The notes: generated from the sequence alone by a model not told the origin. A stretch of DNA of 64,000 bases from Eledone cirrhosa (GCA_964016885.1 OZ024753.1:4712001-4776000); one strand, 5' to 3'. Positions 1 to 14,597 are shown, numbered from the stretch's first letter. Program-made: numbers and translations.

Positions 1-190
1 TATTAACAATATATGGGAAGGGGAGGAGAACGTCAATTATATCGACACCAGTAACAACCTTGGCGGACCGAATGCACGATCTTGAACGGTTACAAGGTGT
101 AACAGTTCAGATTTGAACTCGGAACGTAAAGGACCATAGCTTCAAAGCATGGTGTCTGACGCTCTACTGATACTGCCAAACCACCGCCCT
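1..190 (-). mobile_element. tRNA-derived SINE (family A), diverged
   Basis: Minus strand has A-box-like TGGCAGTATCAG and B-box GAGTTCAAATCT; similar to the copies at 39841 and 60908. Confidence 0.75.
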
Positions 191-216
191 TTATTATTAT
201 TACTAATAATAATAAT

Positions 217-362
217 GGAATTTCGTATTTCTAAAGAAATATGGTATGTTTATCATAAACATTTCGAAAGCCGTAGCTATCCAAAACGCCCGCGGCTATC
301 GCCACCTGGTGGTGTCCATCAGAAGCGAGGGGGACAATCGTTGATGCGCATTTCGAACTGAA
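217..362. repeat. Dispersed repeat carrying a CTCF-like motif, copy 1
   Basis: Aligns with 558-675 and, inverted, with 50261-50445. Confidence 0.8.
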
Positions 363-513
363 ATGGTTCTTAACAGGATGATCTCTCCTGTCCTGCTCTT
401 CCACTGCTGGACTTTGAAAACAGGCAAGAATATATAGTTTTCTCGTGTGTGTAAATGAGGTGATTAATCTCATTTGCATATGAAGCTGTGTAAGCTGGCT
501 CAACTTAGAATAG

Positions 514-702
514 AATTAGAATTTAGCTTCGAGCATAGCTTTATACAGACATGTATCGGAATTTCGTATTTCTAAAGAAATACGGTATGTTTATAATAAA
601 CATTTAGAAAGCCATAGCTATGCAAAAGCACCCGCGGCTATCGCCGCCTGGTGGTGTCCAGCAGAGGCAAAGGGGTTTATTATAAACATATCGTATTTCT
701 TT
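514..702. repeat. Dispersed repeat carrying a CTCF-like motif, copy 2, with a short inverted piece at 675-702
   Basis: Similar to 217-362 and 50261-50445; 675-702 is a near reverse complement of 574-602. Confidence 0.8.
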
Positions 703-1343
703 ACCATATTTCTGGTTTTAAATGCCCAAACACAGTATATATGACGATGGCACCCCAAGTACTTCCTCGGGTGTTACAGCTAAATATGAACATATATGTT
801 ACTGCAATATACTAGTTACTTCATTTTTATATTTACTAGATAATTACCTATATGAATACTAAGCCACAAATAAATGATCTTATTGAATTTTTTCGGAGAC
901 AGTTAAGTAATGGAAGTAAGAAAGCACAGCATGAAATATCTATATAAAAATCAGTAAGCAGAATGTTGCTTGTTAATTATGATGTTTTTCACTAACCATT
1001 GTCATATCGACAGAATTGACGTTTACGAAATATTTTCACAACAAACTACATATTGCTTAAATATACAAATATACGACACAACGAGAGAGATTCCCCCAAT
1101 TTCTCCACCAACTAGAAATCCCCCCAAAGTGTCCGAAATAGGAGATAATATACTCCACCATGCCCCAAACAGAAGGAACCATCACGGCTGGGATACATTT
1201 GATTATAGCACTGCTCAATTACAGTTGACACCGGCGTAAAAATCAGCTTACCAAATAATACCACTTACCAAATAATATCACTACAGTTACATACGTATGC
1301 CATATATTTTATAAATCTTAATCTATGTTTAATTGTATCCATT

Positions 1344-1616
1344 ATGATTTTACACCACTTTCGTAATCCAAGACACATCACATGAATCTGCAAGGAAACC
1401 ATCTTAAGCATCAAAGTCATCTTCTTCATTATGATCTTCGTTATCAGCAATGTGACGAATGTGAAGAATGAAACCGCAAACAGATTCTATATTAGCAGGT
1501 ACAGTAGAAAGGATTACGAAATATCTGTACAGATACACTACGACGAGTCAGGTATTTACAGATATGCACATCTTTCAGATGATAGCAATACTAGGAGCAC
1601 GTTGCATGTGAAGTGA
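1344..1616 (+). pseudogene. Possible decayed Ig-domain exon
   Basis: Frame reads ILHHFRNPRHIT*I...DYEISVQIHYDESGIYRY...STLHVK; TGA at the Ig Trp position and a D-x2-G-x-Y motif lacking the Cys. Confidence 0.25.
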
Positions 1617-2244
1617 AATATTACAACTAGAATAGGAAAGATAACAATGAACCTACCTAAGGCACACAGAGTTCTGCTCGGTAAAGCAGTAAAAGCACGC
1701 AAGAAAAAAATATAACTAAGTAATAATAATATTAATAACAACAATAATAGTCATAATTTATTTTTGTTTTGTTTTTCTACATTGAGGTTGTTTTGCTGTT
1801 GTTGTTTTTTTTTTATTTTTGCAAATCATATGCTTTGTTTTTTAGAAAATAAAAATCAATAAAGGTTAACAGCTGAAAAGAACACCTATACATCTAAAAA
1901 TGATAAATCACCAACTCAGTGTTGTTGTTGCTGCTGTTGTTGTTCCTGTTGTTGTTATACATTATCTCCTCTGCTTACTATTTCATGTTTTGTTATTGTT
2001 CTTTTTGATGGTATTCGTGATGTAGCTTTGCTGCGTCACTTGATGACCATAAATCTTCAGTTACCCGTCAAATATTTTAGACTTAAATCACATTTCTTTC
2101 TGAATTTGTCAATTTATTTTCTCCTTTTTGTGTATGTTGTTATTTATTATTCTTAACACGAAATATAATCGTGAGAGAATCGATAAAATAGCAGACATCC
2201 ATATATAACACACGATTCGGAAAATATGTATGCATATATATATA

Positions 2245-2286
<42 letters not shown>

Positions 2287-2305
2287 CATATATATAAACA
2301 AACAA

Positions 2306-2355
<50 letters not shown>

Positions 2356-3431
2356 AAACATATAGATATAGATATATATAAGAAGGGTGAGAATATATTA
2401 GCACACTACTCGCCAAAAAGTGATGGTGGTATTTATGATAAAAATATGAAACATCCTATTTCCGTTTGTCACCCATGACCTCGTCTTATTTCATTTTACA
2501 TTCATTTAAATCACAATAATTTTCTTTCCAGTTTTTCTGTAATCATTATCAAGTATCGATGGATTTGTTCTACCATTGTATCAGTCTATCTTCGAAATAA
2601 TATTGGGAATGGTGCTTCGTTGCAGGCAGTAATATTACTGGCCGATAATTATTTTGTAAATTTAGTTTTGTTTTTTTACACAAGCAGCGTTTGCATTGTT
2701 TACTAATAGGATATCCTCATTGAAGCAGGTATGAGAGAACGATGGTCAACAAGCATTCGATATGCGACCATAATGTGGACATCATTGAATAATATATCCA
2801 GGATTATATACCCTAGTGAGTCATCTATTGTTGCGACTTAGTATTTGACTAGAATATTTTCTAAACATTCTAGCTGGTTGATACCCAATATAAATGTATC
2901 CGCTTTGGTATATTACGTTCAGAGTGTGTTTTAATATAAAAAGGTAATCCGGAGAAAGGCACTGCTCTGAAATTAAAACTTTTAAACTCACAACGTAAAC
3001 ACACAATGTAAAATGTTATTTGAAAACATATTGGAAAGCCAAGAGCAGATTTTTGTTCAATAAATTCTATTTAATTGATACCTCTTTACTGTTACTCAGC
3101 CATTCTTTTTACCTGAATACTGATATAAATTTATGGCAGATGAGTTTATAAAATTGGGTACAAGAAGTACATGATTATATTCTTTTTTTAATGTAGTTTA
3201 GTAAGGTAAGTACAAATTATGATCAAGAATATTGTAAAGCACATAGTTCAACCAACATGGTTGAAAACACTATATAAAAATTGATAATTCAATTTTAAAG
3301 ACATTAATAATAGAAATGATTTTATGTCAACATTTATGGACATTTCTGGCTAATGTCAACTATTGTCTACTTGTTAAACCCATTTGATCTGTTATATGTG
3401 TGTGTGCAAGTGTAACAATATATATATATAT

Positions 3432-3600
3432 AGGAAAAGGTTTAACCCCGACGGCTATTTCAGTCCAGAAATATCCGTCGAAACGAACTGAGCTCTGCCG
3501 TTGGGTTAAAGTTTTTCCTATTACCCACTCTACTACCCTAAATATTGAGTACTCTGGTGCGTTATGGTCCATCTGGTTCATTACCACACTTCCTTCGTTA
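3432..3600 (+). mobile_element. Short PLE pLTR fragment with partial hammerhead and inverted 5' end, in (TA)n
   Basis: Stem II-GAAA-stem III present, CUGANGA absent; 3432-3454 is an imperfect inverted copy of ~3495-3521; same family as 50599-50803. Confidence 0.7.
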
Positions 3601-4067
3601 TATATATATATAAGCAAAATGATTAAAGAAAGAGTTACAAGCCGTTAAATCATATCGTTATGAAGCTCTTACATATATATATATATAATTAGAACAGCTT
3701 GGATTGTTCAGAATGAAGGTAGCTATAGATAAACCAGTATGTTTATTAATGGATCCATATTCGGTTTAACAAATCACTATTTGAGTTTGCCTGAAAAATT
3801 TACTTCTTTTTCAGATTGAGATTGTTTGCCAGTACATTTGCACCATTTTGTTGTCTATTGTACTGTGCTACACATCTACGCATAATATGTCTATCACAAA
3901 ATGTTAATGATCGTATGAGTTCAGGAATATTAAATAAGGAAAGTGAAAGTGAAAATAGATTTAATCCCTTTGAGAATGCTCAACATCGTCATGATCATTA
4001 TCATTATCATTATCCTCATCTTCGTCATCAACACCATCGTCATTACTGTCGCCATCATTTTCATCAC

Positions 4068-4350
4068 CATTTAATGTCCACTAACCTGCTTGCATATGTT
4101 AGACGAGTTGTCACGTTCTAAATCTGATTCATCCTATGAACATGTCTTTCTCAAAAGTTTTATTTTTAGCGCAGTTTCTACGGCTCGATATCCTTCCTAA
4201 CACGACCCACTTTACAGTGTATACTGGGATCAATTTATCGTGACAACTGCACTATCACCTTACAGCTTCGACTTGGTTATTTTGTCGTGGCACCAACACT
4301 ACTGCATCAGGGTACAGACTGAGTGCTTTTCATCGTGACGCCAGAATCGC
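4068..4350. repeat. Diverged interspersed repeat (SINE/RTE-like 3' region) next to a (CAT)n tract
   Basis: Resembles, from memory, a common octopus repeat (GTTTCTACGGCT...CTTCCTAAC...CCACTTTACAG); has repeated TCGTGRCAC-like subunits. Confidence 0.45.
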
Positions 4351-4710
4351 TGAGGAGAAATTGATAGGAGTAGACCAACGTGGAATTGGAAGCGCCAGGT
4401 CATAGGATTGACTTAAAGGGAGTGTTTTGTGTCTAGCGGTATATTCTATAGCATCACTGGCATTATTGTACAAAATATCTGGGGTTTTTTTCTTCCACAA
4501 TTCTTTTATCAGGTTAGCTGATTTTAGATACCCCGTTCCTCCATGATTGTTGCGATGTAAGGGGAGGGGTATCCCAAAATCAGACATAGCCTGCATGTTT
4601 GTAACAGAGTACACCTCACTAAACATACCTAAATGTTAAACCAGACGAAGGGTACGGCCACCCACCGGAATAGTGCACAGTGTGATTTGAATTTAAAACA
4701 CTAATATCCA

Positions 4711-4800
4711 TAACAAATGCAGTAAAATATCAAGATACAATAGTAATGCTTAACAAATAACAAATGCAGTAAAATATCACGATACAATAGTAATGCTTAA
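4711..4800. repeat. Tandem duplication, ~43-bp unit x2
   Basis: TAACAAATGCAGTAAAATATCANGATACAATAGTAATGCTTAA twice. Confidence 0.9.
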
Positions 4801-7800
4801 AATACACTTTGTCAATACATTAGCATTAACCATAGAAAAATATATCAGCAGCCTTCAGTTATGTTTTGCTACTGAAAAGTATTGCAGAGGTTCAGTGTCA
4901 TGTCAGTGTTCTGTTTGGCGAAGCATCTGTCTCTTTACACAGTTTTTGTTAAGCTGACAGCAGTTTGCATCATAATTGATTGCCTTGTATATGGGAACAT
5001 TATTTTTACCTATATGTGTGTGCGTGTGGGTGGGTAGGTGTGCCCGTCCATATATACATATATATATATATATATGTGTGTGTCTGTGTAGAGAGGGAGA
5101 GAAGAAAGAAAGAGGAGAGAGGGTGAGTGAGAAAGCGAAAGAGAGATATATAGATATATTTGTTAAATAACTATATCTACGAAAGGTCAATTAGAATTCT
5201 CATTGCATATTATCACGTGTCATTTTAACTATCCTCGTTTCTAGGATTTAATAAACAATTTCAATTTCCTAATCGAACTTTCCTCGGTAGTGTTCAGTAT
5301 TGTTATCCTATTGAGATTTCGATTAGGAATTTGAAATAGTTGAATCAATTCAATCAATTCAAACACTTGAAGGATGTAATATGATATATTCATAAAATGA
5401 AATGTACTATATAAAGATTACTTTCCTTGATAATCTTACTAGAGTTTCACCAGCAGATAATCAAATTTCAAAGAACATACGTATACTACAGAGATTCTTA
5501 TATCAATTTTTAGACATATGTTACTATACTTCACAATGCTTGTTTCATTGAAAATATCATAGTGCCACTGAGTTCTACGTAACAGTCCTCGGGTTGCTTA
5601 AAAGTTTGTTTGACTGTCTGCAAACGAAAGCCAAAAATCATTCGTTACTTTGCACTAACACTGCTGTATACGTAAACTGGCTGATTTCTATCTGAGGTAT
5701 TGTATATATGTTCAATGTGAAGAGCCAATGTTCATTGCTAATCAAGGGGAACTAATTAACTGGCGAATATTGCATTGATTTGTAGTGTTAATACCAAATG
5801 TCCTGCTAGTTCTGACAGAAGGAAAGCGAAACCAGTGCCAAATAATTTTCTTTTAGAAACTATTCAAAATATGATAAGTTAAAGCAGAATAATATGTATT
5901 GAAATAATTATGTATTGAAATAATTATGTATTGATGGGCAATAATAGTGAATTAAATGATCTTTTATGTCGTTCATGACGGCCTGTTCACATTTATCAAC
6001 ATAAAATATAGGACACTAATATATTAATCGGTCTCAATAATGACCTCATCTTTTACTGCCATGCATCACTCCTAGATTGGCCGATTACCGATTGTGCAAT
6101 TTCGGTTGACGTATACTTTGTCTTGAATTTCTAATTGGTTTCTGATGATTGTAGATAGAAATATAATCGCTGCTTTGTTATATGAGGTTATATGAGGCTT
6201 CAGCAAGACATGTACGACTCGTTAAGACATGAAACCCTCTTTGTTATGCACAAAATAAACCATATCCACGACAAAAAGTGTATTATTGTACTCCAAGCTG
6301 CCGTTCTTTACTTCAATAAAGATAACAATATGAACAAATATTTATTTGTAAATACTGTGTTGAAATCTAATCATTGCTGCCATTAATGCCTTATCAAAAA
6401 CGAAGACTTAAAATACTTAGAAAAACAATAAAACAACTTTATGTATGTATTCAGAGTCATGGTACAAACCGGTGTACTTCCAGAGAACCGGTTCCGTGTT
6501 GTGTATTCGACTCCCATGTGAAGAAATTTCATTTCATATACGTAACAATGAAAAACTGTATAACATTACATACCCCTTTACACACGTGTTTACTTGAACA
6601 TACACAACAAATCAATAATAAAATGTTGCAATATATAATCAGATAATGGAGTAAATACGAATAATAAAAGTTATATATTTCATTACAGAAAATAAAGAAA
6701 ATAAAGTGAGAAATATTCGTCTTATTTATAACAAGTTTTATTGTGGTTACATATGGCATCTCATATCATTTTAACATTTAAATGTAGCTAAAATAAGGCT
6801 ATATTTGTTTATCTATGTATACAAATATATATTTGAGTACATAAAATAAAGATATACCAAGAAGAAAATATGAAATATTTATTTGCTTTTAATATGATAG
6901 GCTGCCACAATACAACCAGTGGCTATAAATTAGAGACGGTAAAATTGTGGAGAGATTGGTTCATCATAGTGGACGTACTACAATGAAATGACTTTGAATG
7001 CTCTTCACCAATTATTTATGAGAACGTTCACTAAATACTTCAGGAATACTTATGAATTTTACCATGCCACGATCCTTTATGAATATAAGCTGCATAATAT
7101 CATGGTTGTATATGTAACATTTTGGAGTATTTGTATGTCTTAGCAAAAACTGTTTGTATTCATATTTTGTATTGTATATGTAAGCGTATGTTTATAGTAG
7201 GTGGGCACCATTTCCTTTCACCTAAAGATTTTTGGTCGAAACTTCTTTATATTGAATGGATTATTATCGAAACAACTATTCATGAAATACATTTTTAAAT
7301 ATAAAATATATTCATCAAATTATACAATGAAATGAAGCTTCAATATATATCGGTTTCATGAAAATATGTTTACAGAATTTTTCTATAAAATGTATTTTCG
7401 ATAAAAAATTGAATAGATAAAATGACATTCGACGAACAGTTGCTCGGCGAAAAGTTACTTGGACAAAACAACCGTACGGTAAATAGTGGTGCTACATTAT
7501 ATGGACTTATGTGTACATGTTTACGATCATATGGGCATTTGTATGTGTCTACGATTATATGGGTATGTGTATATATGCATCGACATATTTTCTCTATTTA
7601 CAATTTTCATGCGTCGCACGTCAACGAATATGTTACGCACTACTTGAATAATAACAAATTAGGCAACCACTTTATCTCTGAAACCATGATATAAGAAATA
7701 TATAATAAAAGTAATTCTATTTGATCTCTTTTCTCTCGGTAACGAATTTAGTATCAGAAGAATATTTTCTTTGTGAAAAGAATAACAGAAAGCATAATGA

Positions 7801-7857
7801 AAATTTATTTTCTTGTATCTATTTAAAATTTTTTTTTGCCAGCATATATACATATTA

Positions 7858-7902
<45 letters not shown>

Positions 7903-8967
7903 TCAATGCGTATCTGTGAGGATGTTTGGATGTATGTATGAATATATTAGCCTGTCAATTTTTGTGCGTTGTGTATATTTGCATATGTTTCATGCATGCA
8001 TAAGTGTATGCGTCTATATATTTCTGAGTGTATGTGTGTATGTATGTATGTGTGTGAGTGAGAATGTTATCCGTTATTCAAAATATTACTTCTTTTTTTT
8101 AAATGAGAAACCAGATAAATCAAATATATTATATATTTAGTTGTTCTTTCGTTCATATTATATAACTTTGATTTCTGATACTTCATTCTACATCAAAGTA
8201 TGTACTATGTATTAGCCTTTCATCTCGCAATACGGTATATTGTATATCATGTTTGATATATGTTTTGTGCGCATCATTTGTGGAAAATATGAATTTTATT
8301 ATTCAAACTGAAGAGAAAGGGCTTCTCACTTTTTCTCCGATAATAAATCGTACAGCAAATTTTATTTTTTATACATGTATGATTAAAACATGTATTTTAA
8401 TGCAAGCAAGTCGTTTTTTATGTTCACATCATCTGATATACTATGGATTTATGAGGTATATAGAATAGTAGATCGTGTATGATAAGAGATATCCAATTAC
8501 TCTAAGTCTTTGAACGTTAGGATATCAATGCAATATTTTTGGTTGTCAGTAAATGCGCTTGATTATATATTCACTATTACTTATTGAGTCAATCTTACCA
8601 GTGTAAATGTTGATCAATATTCCGATAGAATTTTGTGTGCACAAGTATTTTGTTACAGAAAATCTATTCCATAGTTTACTATGGCATTTCTACTTAATTT
8701 ATAGATATTCTTAGTTTATGTTCAAAACGTAACCTAGAGAAAAAATATGACATTGGTAACACGTTGCAAATTGGTAACACGGTTGGCAATATGTCTTTGG
8801 ATCCAAGTAGCAAATGTCTTTGTAAAATAGTATGCTCCTCATATCTATCTATTTAAGATTTATAATTCTTTACCATTATAGATATCTAGACTCGGAAAAT
8901 TATTAGAATCGGTATTCAGAACGCTGTGTAGAATGCTCAAGACAACACATTTTATTTATAGAAATAA

Positions 8968-9165
8968 TTGTTTCTACTTTAGACACAAGACCAGCAATTT
9001 GAAGGGGAGAGGAAAGTCGATTAAATCGACCCCAGTACTCACTGGTGCTTTATTTTATTGACTCCGTAAGGCAAAGCTAACGTAGGCGCGATTTGAACGC
9101 AGAGCGTAAAAGGCCGTAACTCTCTGCCCGGGAAGCATGGTTTCCGACAGTTCTACCGATAAGTG
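8968..9165 (-). mobile_element. tRNA-derived SINE (family A)
   Basis: B-box GTTCAAATC, GTCAATAAAATAAAGCACCAG core and AGTAGAAACAAT 3' end on minus strand. Confidence 0.8.
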
Positions 9166-9587
9166 TCAGTTATTACGACACAGATACTAAAAAAATCATA
9201 AACCTCATGCATATGAATGTATGTCTTGCAACCAATTTTTCCCGCTTACTTGTGTTGGAAAGTTACCACCGTATATACAGGAAATGAAACCAGCAAGGAA
9301 CGCAGGGTTATATGACGTCAATGATTCAATTGTACATTACTATAGGAAACATTTTATTACAAAAACTACATATTTTTATTAATAATTATAAACCCGACAA
9401 TTGTAATTACGATACGCAAATACACAATATATAATTAGAATCATTCAAACACAATAAGACGCATTATGCAAATTTGAATAGAATATTTCTCTCTCTATTG
9501 CTTACTCCTTTTCCACTTCTTTCTGTCTATATCTCCCCTCTCTTTCTCTTCCTCCCCTCTCTCTCTCTTTCTCTTTCTCTCTATATA

Positions 9588-9624
<37 letters not shown>

Positions 9625-10689
9625 GGAGAGAGAGGGAGAGAGAGAGTGGAGAGATAGTGGGGTGGAAAGTGAAAGATAGAAGGAAGAGGATAATGGAAAG
9701 ACGTAGAAAAGGAATGGGAGAGGAGCTGAATAATCTAGAATAAAGGTTTGAGAGGAAGTGTTGATGAATAGCAAAGAAGCACCAGCAGAAATAAGGTGTA
9801 ACTCAATTAATTAAAATGATGTTGGTAATAATAAATGGAAGTTGATAATAAACAAAATAAATTAAACGGTTAAATGAGTGCATATGAATTAATATAAAAT
9901 ATATTTTAAAATGTGAAATTTGGTGGTCAGCTAAATAAAGTTCTCTTGAATAGATGACTGGTAGTAGTAGTGCTTATTATGATAATGGTTATAATTTGAA
10001 GATTTACAATATGTAAGAATGCGTGGTTGGTGTTAAACTACTGACAATTCTCTTGTAAACTTTGTATCTGGCGAACAACCTATTGTAGTAATTCTTATAG
10101 ATTCTGTATCGTGTAAACTATCTAATTAGTGTAGATTGTAGATATTCTCATACTACAACTGTTCACCCATTTTAGCTATGCCTTTTGTGGATGCCAGCTT
10201 CTCAGGATAGAAGTAGAAGCCCTAATATGTTTATATTTACCTTAATATGTGACTGTAATATTGCTACTAACATTGCCACCACCATAATTGGGACAGGTTT
10301 TCTATTTTTAATTTCATTGGGGCTCAGTATAAATCTGGAGAAGCCTGGTATTACAGCACCAGAAAGAGTTAGGAACGTACAAATACAGACCATTAACAGA
10401 AATTAAGCAAACAATAACTGCATATATACACACATATAGATACAGAAACATATACAAGTGTACACATATAACTCACAACATACAGATTCGCACATGTAAT
10501 AACATCCATACAGGCATGCATACAGATATACATGTGCATTTATCTAGTTGATGTTGCCTAAATTCAAATGAAAGAGTCTTCTTTCTATGTTAAACACCGA
10601 CTCTCTCTCTCTGTTAGTGAAAATGTATATAATGGAACCAGAGGAACATGCATACATACATTCATACATACATAAACACTGCACACATA

Positions 10690-11102
10690 CATGGTGGCTG
10701 CCAACTCGTTTTCGAGTACGGCCACTACTTTATATCCATGTAGGAGAACGCCTACCGATGCGCTAAACAAGTGTGACTTTTTAGTCCAGCCAGCGACTTG
10801 AAAACTCTGGTACAAACACTACACTTGTGACAATTATTGACACATAGTGCTGGGCCCATGGTACCATGTGACGACAAGTGCAGAGAGATCTCCAGATATA
10901 GAGCAATGCCTGTGCCCTGAAGCTTTTATAGTGAGCAAAGGCACTGCACAAAGCCAGTCCCACTCTCTTAACCAAGATGATATTTACCAAAAAGAAGAAC
11001 AAGTCAACATCATTGGATACCATCAGAGTTGCAGGTGTTATATCAGAGTTTTCCTTCTCCTAGAATTCTGCCTTGACAAAGGCTAAGGGGTCATCTCTCC
11101 CA
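10690..11102 (-). mobile_element. RTE-derived non-autonomous element, 5'-truncated
   Basis: Near-identical inverted copy of ~12968-13378; encodes C-terminal C2H2 finger CSVCTRVFKSLAGLKSHTCLAHR*; (ATGT)n tail. Confidence 0.75.
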
Positions 11103-11253
11103 TACATACATACATACATACATAAAAAATACATACATGCATACACACATACATACATGCATACATACATACATACATACATACATACATACATACATAC
11201 ATACATACATACATACATACATACATACATACATACATACATACATACATACA
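11102..11253. repeat. (ATAC)n microsatellite
   Basis: Direct reading. Confidence 0.95.
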
Positions 11254-12106
11254 TGTATGTTTGTGTTTCCATGTACGTATATGTAACATGTATTTCCACA
11301 AACCGAGGAACATATTTTCTCATTTATTTCACAAATTATATTTACTTATATAGGACGGATGTACTTATGTGCACTTTAGATGTTTTTCTTAAAGATATAT
11401 TCTTGATATATTAATAACTTTCTAAGTATACCTAACATTCCATTTATGAGCCACACATTAGCCCCTGGTATATATAAAGCTTCAAGAAGTTAAATTTCAA
11501 AATATTTCAGTCTGTTTACACCATAAGACTTTACACATTTGTGTTTACATATATTATATATAACGTCAACTTCACATTCATTTTCCAGACTGCGGGATAC
11601 TCGACGTTTGTTGCTCGCGGGAAGTTCAGAATATTCTAGATGCGTACTCTATTTTGCAATAATTCTCAGGTAGATGTTTTGAATATGCATAAAACCATTT
11701 TTATTTTATTTTTAATTTTTACCAAGATCTGCATTTTGATTGAAGATATATATACATACCTATATACATACATGATTGTTGCCCCCTCATTATCGAGTAT
11801 GGTCATTGCACGATATACCATTATTAATAATTATTAATTAATTCTATCGTGCAAAGCCTGTGCGTGAAGATATTTTTTAAAGTGGGGAAAGACTGTGCAT
11901 ATATATACATACAAGATATACATACGTACAAGATATACATACATATAAGATATACATACATACATACACACACACATACATACATACATACATACATACA
12001 TACATACATACATACATACATACATACATACAAGATATACATACATACACACACGCACATACATACATACATACATACATACATACATACATACATACAT
12101 ACATAC

Positions 12107-12150
12107 ATGATGGCTGCCCCCTCGTTATCGAGTATGGCCATTGCACGAGG
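12107..12150 (-). mobile_element. RTE-type 3'-end fragment with (GTAT)n tail; second copy at 11772-11812
   Basis: TGGCCATACTCGATAACGAGGGGGCAGCCATCAT matches the 3' hairpin TGGCCGTACTCGTAAACGAGTTGGCAGCCACCAT of the 12776 element. Confidence 0.65.
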
Positions 12151-12160
12151 AGAAAAAAAA

Positions 12161-12193
<33 letters not shown>

Positions 12194-12195
12194 AA

Positions 12196-12240
<45 letters not shown>

Positions 12241-12533
12241 CACACACACACACACATACATTAATAACAATAATAATAATAATAATAACAACAATAATAA
12301 TAACGACAACAACAATAATAATATACATATACATATATACATACATACATACATACATACAGACAGACAGACATATATATATACATATATATATGTTCAG
12401 AGAGGTGGTCTATAATGGAAGACAGGACATACAAACTGATTCATATTTACTCAAGTACACATGTCCGCTATCAGGCAGATACAAACTCACATATACACAT
12501 TCATATCCAACACACAAATATATTTATATATAC

Positions 12534-12565
<32 letters not shown>

Positions 12566-12775
12566 GTGTGTGTGTAAAGAAATACACATAAACCTATTAA
12601 TATTATTAATCTTCTAGGAGTAGGTAAAAGTGCATTAGTTATGACACACTTTAACTACAAGTTCATATAAACATTCTCCAGCTTCGATGTAATTTATCAG
12701 TCAATTCACACTATGTATATGATTACTTTGAATATGTATAAATTTATGCACACACACATATATATATATATACAT

Positions 12776-13379
12776 GTGCAGTTGGTGCTACTGGTAACAT
12801 GTATCCCAGTACAACCTGTCTCATGGTCGGGTCGTTGGCGACTAAACTGACAACCCCACCAAGGTTTCTTGGTGAGGAGGGTGACTTTGGACATCCTGCA
12901 GGACTAAAAACAAAACCTGTCAAAGGGCAAAGGAGCTCTTAAGAGTCAATGGCCATCCCAAATCACCGGGAGAGATGACCCCTTAGCCTTTGTCAAGGCA
13001 GAATTCTAGGAGAAGGAAAACTCTGATATAACACCTGCAACTCTAATGGTATCCAATGATGTTGACTTGTTCTTCTTTTTGGTAAATATCATCTTGGTTA
13101 AGAGAGTGGGACTGGCTTTGTGCAGTGCCTTTGCTCACTATAAAAGCTTCACGGCACAGGCATTTTTTTATATCTGGAGATCTCTCTGCACTTGTCAACA
13201 CATGGTATCATGGGCCCAGCACTATGTTTCAATATTTGTCACAAGTGTAGTGTTTGTAACAGAGTTTTCAAGTCTCTGGCTGGACTAAAAAGTCACACTC
13301 GTTCAGCGCATCGGTAGGAGTTCTCCTACATGGATATAAAGTAGTGGCCGTACTCGTAAACGAGTTGGCAGCCACCATA
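12776..13379 (+). mobile_element. RTE-derived bipartite non-autonomous retroposon (5' UTR joined to ORF C-terminus and 3' UTR)
   Basis: RTE-like 5' UTR motif CTAGGAGAAGGAAAACTCTGAT; 13246-13317 encodes [23 protein letters not shown]; no RT or endonuclease coding; microsatellite tail. Confidence 0.7.
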
Positions 13380-13456
13380 TATATATATATATATCCAGTT
13401 CACATTTAACATTGATTAATGATGTGTATACTAATGTAATGTATAAAATTACCTGA

Positions 13457-13700
<244 letters not shown>

Positions 13701-13744
13701 AAGTTAAATAAAAGTCAAATGATTAAAATTTAGCTTCGTTTATT

Positions 13745-13799
13745 ACTGCTATATATATTTCAGTGACAGTCATCTTTGGCTGTGACCTCTTCAGGCAGT
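13745..13799 (-). ncRNA. Minimal type I hammerhead ribozyme, within insert 13695-13912
   Basis: ACUGC CUGAAGA [GGUCACAGCCA-AAGA-UGACUGUCACU] GAAA UAUAUA UA^ GCAGU; 5-bp stem I, palindromic stem III. Confidence 0.85.
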
Positions 13800-13910
13800 T
13801 TGAATTAGTATGGTATAGACAAGTACATATGTTGTTTAGGTGTATAATATTGTGAATACTCTGATATGCCCAGTTCCTTGTTGGGTTGTTAATTCACTGA
13901 GGAACTGGAG

Positions 13911-13954
<44 letters not shown>

Positions 13955-14037
13955 GTTATTCCGGGTTGAATCGGGGGTAACCACAGAAAGTAAGGTACTC
14001 AATACATTGCAGAGTATAAAAGTTTTAATATAGATGA

Positions 14038-14086
14038 GATTCTACAGGACTAGAACTGTTTCATTCTTTAGAAATCATCAGGAATC
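14038..14086 (-). ncRNA. Minimal type I hammerhead ribozyme
   Basis: GAUUC CUGAUGA U UUC-UAAA-GAA U GAAA CAG-UUCUAGUC-CUG UA^ GAAUC. Confidence 0.8.
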
Positions 14087-14130
14087 CTGATGATTTCTAA
14101 AGAATGAAACAGTTCTAGTCCTGTAGAATC
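14082..14130 (+). ncRNA. Hammerhead ribozyme, inverted twin of 14038-14086
   Basis: Right arm of the palindrome 14028-14140; one mismatch in stem I. Confidence 0.7.
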
Positions 14131-14133
14131 TCA

Positions 14134-14597
<464 letters not shown>

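Noticed and set aside
4330-4626. 98-aa ORF in GC-richer DNA
   Set aside because: No recognisable motif; could be a TE fragment; needs BLAST
6138-6175. CTGATGA...GAAA hammerhead candidate
   Set aside because: Stems I and II do not pair
10185-10406. ORF with hydrophobic stretch and FN3-like start (PERVRNVQI)
   Set aside because: Plausible-looking motifs appear on both strands; not distinguishable from chance
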